From Bugula neritina (Eukaryota; Animalia; Bryozoa): a stretch of DNA of 25,165 nt. A program made the position numbers and the translations under genes. Positions 11,468-22,634 of this stretch are shown here, in pieces. Location: positions 1 to 25,165 of the forward strand of contig CAXIUT010000090.1 of NCBI GenBank assembly GCA_964035545.1, in the 5' to 3' direction. The notes beneath the pieces are model-generated. The model ran no database searches and was not told the DNA's origin. It worked only from the letters and a program-made list of their open reading frames with translations. Numbering within the stretch: the first letter of the stretch is position 1; every line of letters begins with the position of its first letter.

Positions 11468-11696
11468 CTTGTAGATTCTTATTTATAATTAAACTAATAA
11501 CAATATGAATATTTTCTAAATATATTAAGGCTAAAGATAATTTGAATAATTTAAATATATTTTAGAATATCAAGTCATAAAAATGAACTAAATATATTAA
11601 AGTAGGTTGAGTATATAACAGTAGGTTAAGTATAAAAAGAAAATAGTTTCTGATTTATATCTCTAGAAAGTTCCTTTGTATCTAGCTACAACTATC

Positions 11697-12614
11697 ATGA
11701 ATAGAAAGTTTTCAATTTTCAATAAAATTTTAGTCAAAAGAATAAGTATTATTAATAGGCCATTATATCAATCAAGCAGCTTTTTTAAATAATCAAAAAA
11801 AGATGTCTAAAATAAAAATAAAATAAATATTAGTTGGTGGAATGTTGGAGGACTTCAGTCAATTCTATCCAAAAATAAATTAATTCCTTTCATAGAATAA
11901 ACCAAACCAGATTTAATGTGTATCGGATAAACTAGAGTATGGTAATAAAAATAAAAATACTAAAACTTCAAAAACAAATTTCCTCCTTAATATAAACTAT
12001 ATTGGAATTATACAAAAAATAAAACAGCTAATACAACAGGAATTTTAATTCTATCGAAATATAAAGAAGAACCATTGAATATCATCCGAGATTTTCCTCA
12101 TAAAGATTAAAGATTTAATGAAAGTAGAATATTAACCTTAGAATATTAATCTTGTTTCGTAGTAGCAGTATATTTACCTTACACAGGCACTTCAAGCTAA
12201 CGTTGGAGATTTAGAATTAATTATTATGATTTGGCATTTATTGAGTATATGAGAAGTTTACTTAGTAAGAAAGCTGTTATTATAGCTGGAGACCTCAATG
12301 TTGTCCATGATAGATATAGAGATATAGAATATCATAAGACATCAGCTGGTAGAAGTGGAAATTATTCAAAATAAACTAATAATAATCTAAAAACTCTTCT
12401 AAATTTACCATTTATTGATACATTTAGATTCCAATATCCAAAATAAAAGAAGTATACAAGCTTTTACATTAATAAAGATGGAGCTAGAAAAGGATCAAGG
12501 ATAGATTATATACTGATGAGTAAATCTTTCTTTTTGTATAAAGCTAAAATTCACGATAATATCTAAGGAGGAGGAAATCATTGTCCTATTTCTGCTTTAC
12601 TTAAATTGAAATGA
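11697..12614 (+). CDS. Exonuclease III / AP endonuclease (EEP family), possibly mitochondrial
   Basis: 305 aa intact ORF with WNVGG, PDLMCIGETR, RILTLEY, VYLP, IIAGDLNVVH, IDTFR, SRIDY and GNHCPI; basic, presequence-like N-terminus. Confidence 0.92.
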
Positions 12615-12911
12615 ATGATAAATCATCTTTTTATTATAATTGTTTTCCCTTTTTAAATTGTTTAAGATTATTGGAATATATATAAAATTAAACAAAAATA
12701 CTGTGAATATAAAATCCTCTTAATTTTATATCCAAATTTAAGACAATACACATCTTGGAATCATACAGGACGACCCAGAAATCCAAAATAAGGCTGGAGA
12801 TTCAACTACATATTGACAAGCAATGAAATAGAAATCAATTAGGCCAATATTTTCGATTTACAAGAAGGAAGTGACCATTGTCCAATAGCAGCATACTTAT
12901 CAATACATTGA
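12615..12911 (+). pseudogene. Partial duplicate of the ExoIII/APE C-terminal module (98-codon ORF)
   Basis: Reads ...LYPNLRQYTSW...GWRFNYIL...EGSDHCPIAAYL* and lacks the N-terminal two thirds of the domain. Confidence 0.75.
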
Positions 12912-12937
12912 ATGATTTTACATATCATCATAAATAA

Positions 12938-13804
12938 TCAATCAATTTTAATAGGATCATCTAATGTCACTCTTCCTAACTTCCCTTCTCTAAAATTTAT
13001 TATTATCCGATCAAAAGCAGCATCATAATCAAATAACTGATGCTTACCACGAATATTATCCAAATAATCTGTCACGTTCATTGGCTTATCTATCCTCAAA
13101 TTCTTCCAATACTTATCATTCTTATCAGCCTCGCATTGCTCTATTATATAACTAACTATTTTCTATTTAGATACTATCGACTCCTTGATCAACCCCAAAA
13201 CAGCCATCTTCATGCCCAACTCCTTCGGTATCACACTAGGTATCATCACCCCAGGAGTATCAATCAAAAAAATCAAAGGATTACTCAATATCTTAAACCC
13301 ATGCACTGATTTAGTAGTAGCCACAGACGCAGTAGCCTTAGCACTAGCTTTTTTATTCTAGAGATCAGATATACTTCTCAACTGATTAATCAATGATGAC
13401 TTCCCAACATTGGGTATCCCACATATCATCAACCACAATCCAACCTGCTTATATTTATATTTATGATTCTCTTTGAAATAAGCCAGCATTCGTCGCATAT
13501 CATCATGTTTTGTAGAACTTACAGCAAAACATTTTATCCCATAATCATTATAATCAGATATTATCTTGTCTGTCTTAACTTGATCACATAAATCGTATTT
13601 GTTGAATATTATTATTTTCTATTTTTGGTTGCGTTTTATTATCTAATCGAATTATGGATTGCGACTGCAGTATGGTATCCTTGCATCTCTTATCTACAAA
13701 AATACATCTGTCTTATGCACGTTTTATTATATCAGTCTTAAAGCTTTTCTCATATGCCCTGGAAACCAATTAATATGATCTTTTAAAGAGCTGATCACCT
13801 TCAT
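12938..13804 (-). CDS. MTG1: Mitochondrial ribosome-biogenesis GTPase (RbgA/YlqF/Mtg1 family)
   Basis: 288 aa intact ORF with NWFPGHM, EIRDARIP, FNKYDL (G4), GIPNVGKSS (G1), LIDTPGV (G3) and FREGKLGRVTLD. Confidence 0.95.
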
Positions 13805-13843
13805 TGATAAGCAATAGTTTAATTTAATTATAATTATAAATAA

Positions 13844-15214
13844 ATGAATACTCCCAAATACAATATCAATATGGGTCGAAATGCAGTGAGTCCAAGTCCC
13901 ATTCGCAGCAACACAAAAGGAAGATACTTCTCAATGGATGAAGTTAACAAATTACTAAAGACCTCAATATAGCCAAAACTACATTTTCTAATGGAATAAT
14001 TATAAGATCGACAACACATCATAGCTAAACTAAATAACAAACTAAACTAAAACGATTAAAAATTATTACAACAAAATACCATAATATAAACCTACCTAAA
14101 AAAGAACAAAAATCATCAAGATCACAACCACATAATAGGAACTATCAATCAATTGATCAATGATAAAATAAAACAATTCAAATAAACTATTCAAAATCAA
14201 ATAAAATCTATCAGCAAGAAAGTATAAACTTAATTTGACTATAGAAAGATATAAAATGTTATTAAATAGGAAATATAGCATATTAAAAATAATGTTAATT
14301 AATTTATTGATACTAATAAGAAAAAAAGTAACATGTATTGGCAAAAAATCAAATAAGCTCTCAATAAAATCAATTCGAAAATATAACATACAGAAAAAGG
14401 GATCATCAATGTCAATAATAAGTTAGATCAGTTTCAACAACTAAGAAATAAAGATAGAGAAACTATCAAGTAAATACAAAATTCAAAAAATGTTGTTAAA
14501 AATTTAATACAACTCAAAAAGAGTGTATAAAATATATATGGAAACTATCAAGCTGTACTTATACTTCAAAAAAACCTCAAACAAAAAATATAAGAACAAA
14601 ATCTATAATCTATCTGGCACTAGCCTTCCTCGTTTCTCAAATCATCTTCTAAAATGATTCTTCCTCAATAAGATATAGTTGCCTTGTAGTATTCAAAATA
14701 ATATATAACTAATAATAATCAACAAGCCTTTGATTAGTGGAAACCTTATTAAAATATAACGTAACCAATGGTTTCACCTTTAAAAAATTATGATAAAAAT
14801 AAATCAGTTAGCGATGTCTTCAACCTTCAAAAAACATCTCCTCTCAATCCAAAATAAACATCTTAACTCTTCTCCCTAAACACCTCAAATCAAATAGTAG
14901 CCAAAAACAATAACTCTACCTTTTTACTCAACTATTCCCTTGAAACAAGAAAATAAATGTCTCATGACCTGAAATAAAGATTATTAGAGCTAATATAAAC
15001 TAAAAATTTATCAAAACCTCTATAAATAAGATATGACTAACAAATAAACTACCTCAAAACTATCGATGGTAACTACCTGTTTGATATCAAAGGAAATATG
15101 TTCAAAATCAATCTACAAGAACTAGATATACTTTAAAGCTAAGGTATTGTAGTAAAAACTAAAGGAAAAAGAAATTTATCGCAATCATCAAAAATAAAGA
15201 AAACTAATTGTTGA
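13844..15214 (+). CDS. Hypothetical coiled-coil protein (456 aa)
   Basis: Uninterrupted 1371-nt ATG-to-TGA frame under TAR=Glu. No family recognised. Confidence 0.8.
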
Positions 15215-15222
15215 TCAATCAT

Positions 15223-17103
15223 TCATAACTTATAATCACCTTTTCTCTTAGCCTATATATTTTTCATCTTCTTAACTGTCTATTTCAATTTAGAATTCAA
15301 CACCATCTTCATCTACCGCTCCTTCCGACTCCTCTAAATATCCTCATTCAGCTTCTTAAACATCTACAAACTAGTCTTATCCAAGTTGTTTATATAAGTT
15401 GTGTACTTATTCTTTTATTCATCCATTTTCTCTCTCATCACAACCTATTGAGTCTCAATCTCAGTATCAACGATACCTATTTTCTACTTCAATATTTTAA
15501 TTTGATCAGACCAATGCTTTCCTATCTAATCATTTTTCTATTTTTATCTATCAGCAAGTTATCCCTCTTTGGTTTTTAAACTAATAACTTCTGCCTGATA
15601 CTCTAGTTACTTTTTCTTTAGATATTAACATTATTGTTGTAGCTAATTGTATTAATCTTCAACAGATTATCTTACGTCACTTATCTTTTTAGCTTGTTAA
15701 TTTTATTGATTTTCTTTGTTCATCCATGATTGCATTCCTTTTCTTAGACTCTTAAGTTCATACTAAAAACTCTATTTTATACCTTTTATTTTTGCATCAG
15801 TTTCCTTTTTAAGAGCACTTTCATATATTTGATTCTAAGTTGCTATTTTTTCAGCTAAATCTTCATAATTATTCTCATTTTATGTTTTGTATTTTGTAAA
15901 TATGGCCTTCTTTTTTTGTTTAAGATTATTTTATTGTTCTTATTTATATGTTTTCAGTTTTAATGCGTATTTATTTCTAATTGCTTGCTCTTCCTTTTCT
16001 GACTGTTTACTAAGAGATGAATTAAGTTCTCTAATTTCTTGTTCATATCTTGATTTAATATTTTGAACTTAATTGACATGATTGATCACAAACTATTTAT
16101 TTTTAGAATTAAAATCGTTATTTTATGCTTTTCTTTTCTCCTCAAGCTACCTTACTTCAGCCTCTTTTCCACACTTAAGCTTCAATCTTTAAGCATTATA
16201 AAATTAAACCAACTTATCTGTTAATCTATGATATTGTTCATTTGATTTCTAATGAATATGAATCTTTTACTCTTCAATTCCGTCTGATATTGACTTTTTT
16301 ATCTGCTTTAAATTACTTTCATATTGATTATTCATCTATTTACTATATTCATTTTTAATATTTTAGTACTTTTATTATATCTTTTGTATTTATTTCTTAC
16401 TGCTACTCACTATTCTTTGAATCTATGGTTATAACCCCTTTAAGGTATTTTATGTTATTTCTTATAGCTTTTTAGCCTCCCATCTTTACTTCCTTTCTTG
16501 CTAGTTTTTCTACCAAATCTATCTCTGCTTTTTAAGATCAAGTTCAAAATTTTCTTTTATTTTCTTTCTATTAAGAGTAATATTATTTTTCTTTTGATTC
16601 AGTTCTTACATTCTGTTAATAATATCTTCTTTTTCATTTGTTAATTTTTCTACATGTTCAAGATGCCTTTGACATCTTTATTCCTCCATTTTTATTTTTT
16701 CTTTCTTTTAACCAGCTAATCTAACTTTTAAATGTTCAGTCATTTATTCTAAAGCATCAGCCTATTTTTTATAAGATCTATTCCAATTATTTAAACTATC
16801 TTCTTGAAATGATATTTCAAGTTGTAAAGACTCAAGACTTCCTCTTAGCTAAATTATTTTCATTTTAGTATTTTGAAGCTGATCCATATCTTCAAGATAT
16901 CTATGATGCTTCAAATCAATTTGTTGAGCATAGTTATCTATTTGATATTAATTTTATTTCTAAAGTGAGATAGGAGTCTCGTTGATTATCATCTTTTACA
17001 AATTTTTGCGTTTTTCTTTAATGAGGTTATCAAGTAGACCTTTTTTTGATTTTTATTCTTTGTATTGAACTATCTTCTTTTATAAGTCAGGTTTCATAGT
17101 CAT
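15223..17103 (-). CDS. CEP131: CEP131/AZI1-like centrosomal/basal-body coiled-coil protein
   Basis: 1881-nt span; CQRHLEHVEKLTNEK and EITENTLKGLEPEIQRI match recalled CEP131 motifs (QRHL..IDQL; T.KGLEPEIQ). Confidence 0.75.
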
Positions 17104-17177
17104 CAAATTTAAATTATAAAAATATATCAATAAATTAGCAATAAAAAACATCAAAACATATTTATAATTACAATTTA

Positions 17178-17534
17178 TCATTATTTGCTGATATCTTTTG
17201 ATTTTTATTAAGATTATGTATTTTATTTCAGCTAATTTTTCTGAAGATTATCCGATGATAAAAAGGCAGGTTCGATATGAAGAGGCATAGCTAGACCAAC
17301 ATACTTGGCTACTTTTTAAATTTTAGATTTTTGATCTCTAATAACTCCAATTTGAAAAAATTATAAATACTCACGATGGATTTGTAAACTTTACATATAT
17401 CGATAGATTGGATCAACTTGACGACTATCTAGAGAATCAAAGTTAGCCTGATCGAACATCTATTTAGTTATTAGATGGTTTGTTTCAGGAGTATACTTAG
17501 TAAATAGTTAAAGTAACTTTTGATATTTCCTCAT
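17178..17534 (-). CDS. Small hypothetical protein (118 aa), telomere-adjacent and pointing inward
   Basis: MRKYQKLLELFTKYTPETNHLITKEMFDQANFDS...VAKYVGLAMPLHIEPAFL...KDISKE*. The ATG lies 73 bp from the internal telomere array, behind an almost pure AT leader. Confidence 0.65.
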
Positions 17535-17607
17535 AATTAACTTTATAAATAAAGTAGAATAAACCTTATTTAAATAATAATTAATATATTTAGTAATTAT
17601 TATTAAA

Positions 17608-17701
17608 GGGGTTGGGGTTGGGGTTGGGGTTGGGGGTTGGGGTTGGGGTTGGGGTTGGGGTTGGGGTTGGGGTTGGGGTTGGGGTTGGGGTTGGGGTTGG
17701 G
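17608..17701. repeat. Internal telomeric array (GGGGTT)n, right-end orientation
   Basis: 94 bp, about 16 units with one G5 variant; unique sequence resumes at 17702 with no CCCCAA tract. Confidence 0.96.
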
Positions 17702-20077
17702 TATCAAAACTGTTCATCTTTTCTTATCATAACCTAAAATGATAAACATCAAGAATCTCATCAACAAGAGAACATAATAAAGCAATCAATACTAATCAAA
17801 AAATATAATTTTCAATCAAAATAATGCCAATGAGTAATACAATAACAAAAAATAAAAGATAAATTCATTGAATAGCAATTATGAAAAGAAGAAATATTCT
17901 AATTAAATAAAAACAGGATAAAGAAGATAACAATAAATAAATTATAAGATAAAAACATAAACAAAAATATACGATCTATATTTTATATTTAGAAATAATT
18001 CTTAAGCAATGTCGATCAATAATTTAATCAATTTACTCATCAAAATACTAGAACTAAGATTTGTCAATTTAAAAGAAGCTTAATAAACTCAAAACTTTGA
18101 TAAAATTATCAATTATCTTACCAAAAAAATCAATAAAATGATTCCATAAGATATGATTCGCTTCCTCTTCAAATTAAAAAAAATAAAAATGAATAAAATA
18201 GATATCAAAAGACTATCTCCTTTCATTATAGCCATTATCAATCAAGTAAACTTTTATTTAATATAGTTTTCTCAACGTTCTTTCATATAAAAGTCATAAT
18301 CGAATAAAATATATTAATCTTTTGATGTTATTTCAATAGAATCTAATTTTAAACTACTTCACAGTTTACATTATCTTCATTTTATATCTGGTATTTAATT
18401 TTAGCCATTAATATCAGAACTTATTGTAATGAATTTAAATTATTTTCATAGTATAGTCAAAGATTATCTTGATAAAAATACATAAAATTTTAAAGTGCAT
18501 AGAATACAATTGAGTTTCTATCTTAGTTTGATCAAAATATCAATATAATACAAATTATCATCATAAAAAATCATAAATTTTGTCAAAATTATCAAAAAAT
18601 TTAGGTAAATAAAATAAAATTTAGTAAACATATTGAAGATAACATATCAATTCTATTTGATCTAGCTTGTATTCTTCTTGAAAATAAAGTAATTTTTAAA
18701 AAGAGTAAAGGCTAAGGAATGAGTAAAAATGAAGAACTATCTTGGATAATTGAGACTATTTCATAAGAAATATAAAAACCTTTTAAATTAATTAAAATAT
18801 AACCTAAATATCTTCTTAAATATATATAAAATTTAAAGAATTTAAATGAAAATTAACTATAAAATCTTTAACTAACATAAATAAAAGAAAAAACTATCAA
18901 TCAAGTACTTTAATTTACATTTAAAACATATCAAAAATATTGGCTTTCAAATTATTTAACAAATTTATAATAAAAAGCAATATAATAATGGTTTTAAGAG
19001 TCTCTTAAACTAAAAAAATAATATCTGAACTCAATATTACTAATTTATCATAATTATATTATAGATAAAAAATAAAATATCAATAAAGAATTCAATAATT
19101 TAGTTAATCTCTGTATTGAATATTTCAGCTAGTTAAGTTTCAGCACCAAAGCTATCATTCTTCAAATATGTTTCTAAAAGAATAGATTGAATCTTAAATC
19201 AATGTTAGATATATTTTTTAATCTTGATCAGCATTCAGATAAAAATAAAGAATAATTCAAACAAATAAAATTTTTTAAATCAAGCTAATCTATCGAATAA
19301 TATTTAAAACTATTTTAATATTGGCCACAAGTTACTAAAATAAGTTCTATTACCTTTGATTCATATCGAGAAGGAATTTTCATTAAAATACTTTTGAAAA
19401 ATATTTTCTATCTTGAAAATAATAGCTTTTTTGCTCATCTTATGGCTGAAAGAATGGCAATATAGTCGTAATTTTTAGATTTATTTATGAAAAAACATGA
19501 TAAATTTTGTCTTTAAAATAGAACATTAAGTAAAAGAAAATTATAAGAAGCCCAATAAGGTAGTTTTAGAAAAGAACTACAAAATTAAACTTTAATTCTC
19601 AGTGAAAAAGATGATAAAAATAAGTTAAGTTAATATTATTTAGTTAAATATAAACTTAGACTCAAAATAAAAAGATCTGTAAGAATATTCAAATTTTCTC
19701 TTCAAATACTATAGTTTCTCAATAAAAAGAATAATAAATATGAAGAAATCACTAATTCATCTTATTTTAAGTAAATTTATTCTGTTTTTGATGAAGATAT
19801 GACAAGCTTATATTTTCCTTAACTTTTTACATAGTAAATTATTAAAAATATGAACTAGATCATTTGTTATCTTGAAAACAAACAAATTTTACAAAAAGAG
19901 GATCAAATTTATCAAATAAATTAATGGATTATTAATAAAAAATTGAATAGCTAATAAAAATCAATGGATATTATCAATAATTTAAAATAAAGTAGTTTAA
20001 AATAAGACAAAAAGAGGTTTCAAAGTTTCAAAGTCTCAGATAATGAAAATATATTAGATAATGAATTAGTTGAATGA
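17702..20077 (+). CDS. Large hypothetical protein (~790 aa), probably 5'-truncated at the junction
   Basis: The frame is open from the first codon after the telomere array, with K/I/N/L-rich helical sequence ending at TGA 20075-20077. The length implies at least one intron or indel; I did not trace the whole frame. Confidence 0.6.
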
Positions 20078-20090
20078 AAATCAATATTGA

Positions 20091-21414
20091 TCATGCCTAT
20101 ATAATTTTAATAATATTAACAGCTATTTATCGATTAGAACTCACTCCCACCTGAACTATTTATCCCACAATAGAGTAAATATCATCACATTTATATCGTA
20201 ATATATTCAAATGATAACCCAATAAAACCAACAAAACCCTCAAATTTATCATCTGGTTCAAATCTATATTAGAATACTACTACCTGACCGATACAACTAT
20301 AACTATCGAACCACTATATCCACCAATATCTTCATATCACTTGCATAAAAGTAATCAGGCTACCTCTAGCATAACACATAAATAAAAGCCAAATAGTTAT
20401 TCAACCTTTCTTCAGATGTCTCTTCATTCAAAACCTGGAGTAAAAGTTCTGCAAAGAATCGTTGGTACTGTTACTGGCAACAGAACTCAGTGGCTGCACT
20501 TTGAAATTTTTATACTCCTGTCAAAGTCAAAAAAGCCACAAAATCCAAAATTGGTTTAGGATCCTAATTCATTATTACTTTACTTCCAGTTTGCTGGTTA
20601 TCAGCGCAGAAAATAACTCAATTAAACTATAATGCTTTATCTCCATATTCTATTACTTTTATTATCTTTACATCGGTATGTAAACCAACTTCTAAACATG
20701 TACGATTCGTTCAACTATCTTTTCAACCGGTACTTCCACTATCTTCTCGACTATTTTCTCCAGCACATCTTGCTGAGAAGTTGAAACAGGTGAAGATGCA
20801 TTTTGAAAAGATACTTTTTTTTATCCTTTAAGAGAAATTTGTTGAATAGGGCATATTTTATATTATTTTTTATTTAAAGATTTAGATTGAAATTCAAGTT
20901 AAATAGTCTTAGATTGCATTTTAAGTTTTAACTTTTTTATAAAATCTTGATTTATCTCATTTCCATTTTATTTAATAGTACTTTTTCGTCCACTTCCTGA
21001 TTGTCGAACTGCTGATGACATTTTTAAACTTTATCTGATCAAAAAATGAGAATCTCTTAATGCTGGATTACGTATTACTTATGTTGTTTTTTCAATTGCT
21101 GTTACCCAAGACCATTTTTCTTGATGATCTTGAGCAGAAAGATAGAAATAGGTGTCATCAGATTAGACTCTAAAAACTTGAGATTTTTAGTATTGATTTT
21201 TATAGAATGATTTAATAGTTGTTATGTCTTTTAATAAGATTTTTTAACTTGGATTTTTATATACTCCATGCATCTAAAACGCATAGAGATGGGTTTTGGT
21301 CAAAACTAAAGACTGCCTTCTCCACTCTTTGTGAATTCTAGATCTTTTATAAAGAAATCCTTCTTTCACCTTATTGACGCGAACATCCTGTTCAACCTAC
21401 TCATCTTTATGCAT
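20091..21414 (-). CDS. PH domain + alveolin/IMCp-like repeat + SPIN90/Ldb17 (DUF2013)-like domain protein
   Basis: 427 aa after two 20-nt introns. PH: KEGFLYKRSRIHKEWRRQSLVLT...YKNPSE...EKWSWVTAIEK. Repeat: EKIVEKIVEVPVEKIVERIVHVEKLV. C-terminal FAELLLQVLNEE...YFYASDMKILVDIVVREL. Confidence 0.85.
20264..20283 (-). other. 20-nt spliceosomal intron
   Basis: gtagtagtattctaatatag; retention leads to an immediate TGA. Confidence 0.85.
20564..20583 (-). other. 20-nt spliceosomal intron
   Basis: gtaaagtaataatgaattag; removal gives SKLE|DPKPILDF. Confidence 0.85.
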
Positions 21415-21460
21415 TTAATTCCAACAAATTTTATTAAATAGCAAGGTTAGATAATATACA

Positions 21461-22467
21461 TCATTTACGAGATGTCAAACTATGACTGATAGTTTTTGAT
21501 AAGTTTTGACGGTGGCAAGAAATAGAAGTTGATGGAGTAGAATTAGCCACACTCATCCTTCTAAAAGTCTCTTTTGCTCCTTATACTTTGTCTTTACGCT
21601 TTATCTATCTTGGAGGGTCCTAGATGTATTCTGGAAATGGTGTGAAATAACCAAATAGTCCTGATTTATTTGGGTTGTTTGATTTCCATTTGTTCTCATG
21701 TCCAAAAATATTAAACTTTGGATCTTTGCTTTTTTTCTTGATAAAAATAAAAATACTTCAGGAAACTCAACTTCAGTACCATATATTTTTTTATCTTTAT
21801 TGAAAGTGTTCTTTGGGTGTAAATTAATTTTGAAGGCATGTTCTCCTTCAAGAGACTTATCTTTCTTATGACGATCAACTTCAGTCTGATGAGCTCTTTA
21901 ATAAGGATCTTCCATATATTTGACAGGCTTGAAGAAAGATCGAATAACTGTGCTTTGTTGATTAGCATAAGCATTTCTTGGCTGAGAAATAACCTTTCCA
22001 TCTTATTATCGATTTCTTTTTGGATTCTTTTCAGGATTATTTTATTCAGTATAGTTGTAAGGAACTTTTTGAGTTTCCTTCCATCCTGAGGCTGGCTTGA
22101 AAGCTTGATCCTTAGTAAAGGTTTTCCTAAAAGTTTAGTTCTCAATTTGAAGTAATTTTCTGTCAGGGTCGATATATTAATCTTTAACTTGTCCTTCGAA
22201 AAGTGAATTAATTGGAGTAAAGTGTGATTTTCTGAGTTGTCCTGATCTAGTAGGATTGGTGTAGAATCCTCGAGGCTTGGTGACTGGTTTTCCAGACTCA
22301 TTTTTAGGATCTAAAATAGCTGAATAAATACGAAGAACAGTTTTATATTGGCCATCATCACCAATGGCATGAGAGGCAGGAGAACTGAAGAGTCCAAATC
22401 TTCTTTTAGATCCAAGAGTATCAGCTTATCTGACATGAGTTGCTCTGAGGGCTTATACTTAGCTCAT
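21461..22467 (-). CDS. CFAP96: CFAP96/C4orf47 (UPF0602)-like ciliary protein
   Basis: 321 aa after introns 22311-22331 (21 nt) and 21737-21756 (20 nt). RFGLFS...IGDD, PRGFYTNP, YIDP, DGKVISQPRN, YMEDPYER, FPEYIEDP and STPSTSI motifs. Confidence 0.75.
21737..21756 (-). other. 20-nt spliceosomal intron
   Basis: gtatttttatttttatcaag; removal restores the frame. Confidence 0.85.
22311..22331 (-). other. 21-nt intron (in-frame, probable)
   Basis: gtatttattcagctattttag; same size and ends as the other introns but not required for frame. Confidence 0.6.
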
Positions 22468-22634
22468 CTGTTTATTGTAAATAAATATAACTGAGGCATT
22501 TAATTTTATTATTTATTCAAAAACTCATCTTCATAAAAATAGTATTTGATTAAACATTCTTTTTTAAACTAATTTATATCAAAAAACAAAATTTTATGCC
22601 AATTCATCTAAATTTAAATCATAATTTAAATATT

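Noticed and set aside
17216-17710. Plus-strand frame from ATG 17216 running into the telomere array and joining in frame with 17702 if the array is deleted (telomere inserted in a gene)
   Set aside because: An in-frame join has a 1-in-3 chance, and single-stop codes give long shadow ORFs. A complete minus-strand gene (17178-17534) with a subtelomere-like AT leader explains the region better.
17508-17717. PQ/PT-repeat 69-aa ORF
   Set aside because: It is simply the translation of the telomeric array.
2071-22301. Most entries of the supplied ORF track
   Set aside because: They were computed with TAA/TAG as stops. They are fragments of longer genes (2123, 3306, 7753, 10879, 11106) or antisense/off-frame shadows (e.g. 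2071, 2859, 13040, 14096, 21711, 21838).
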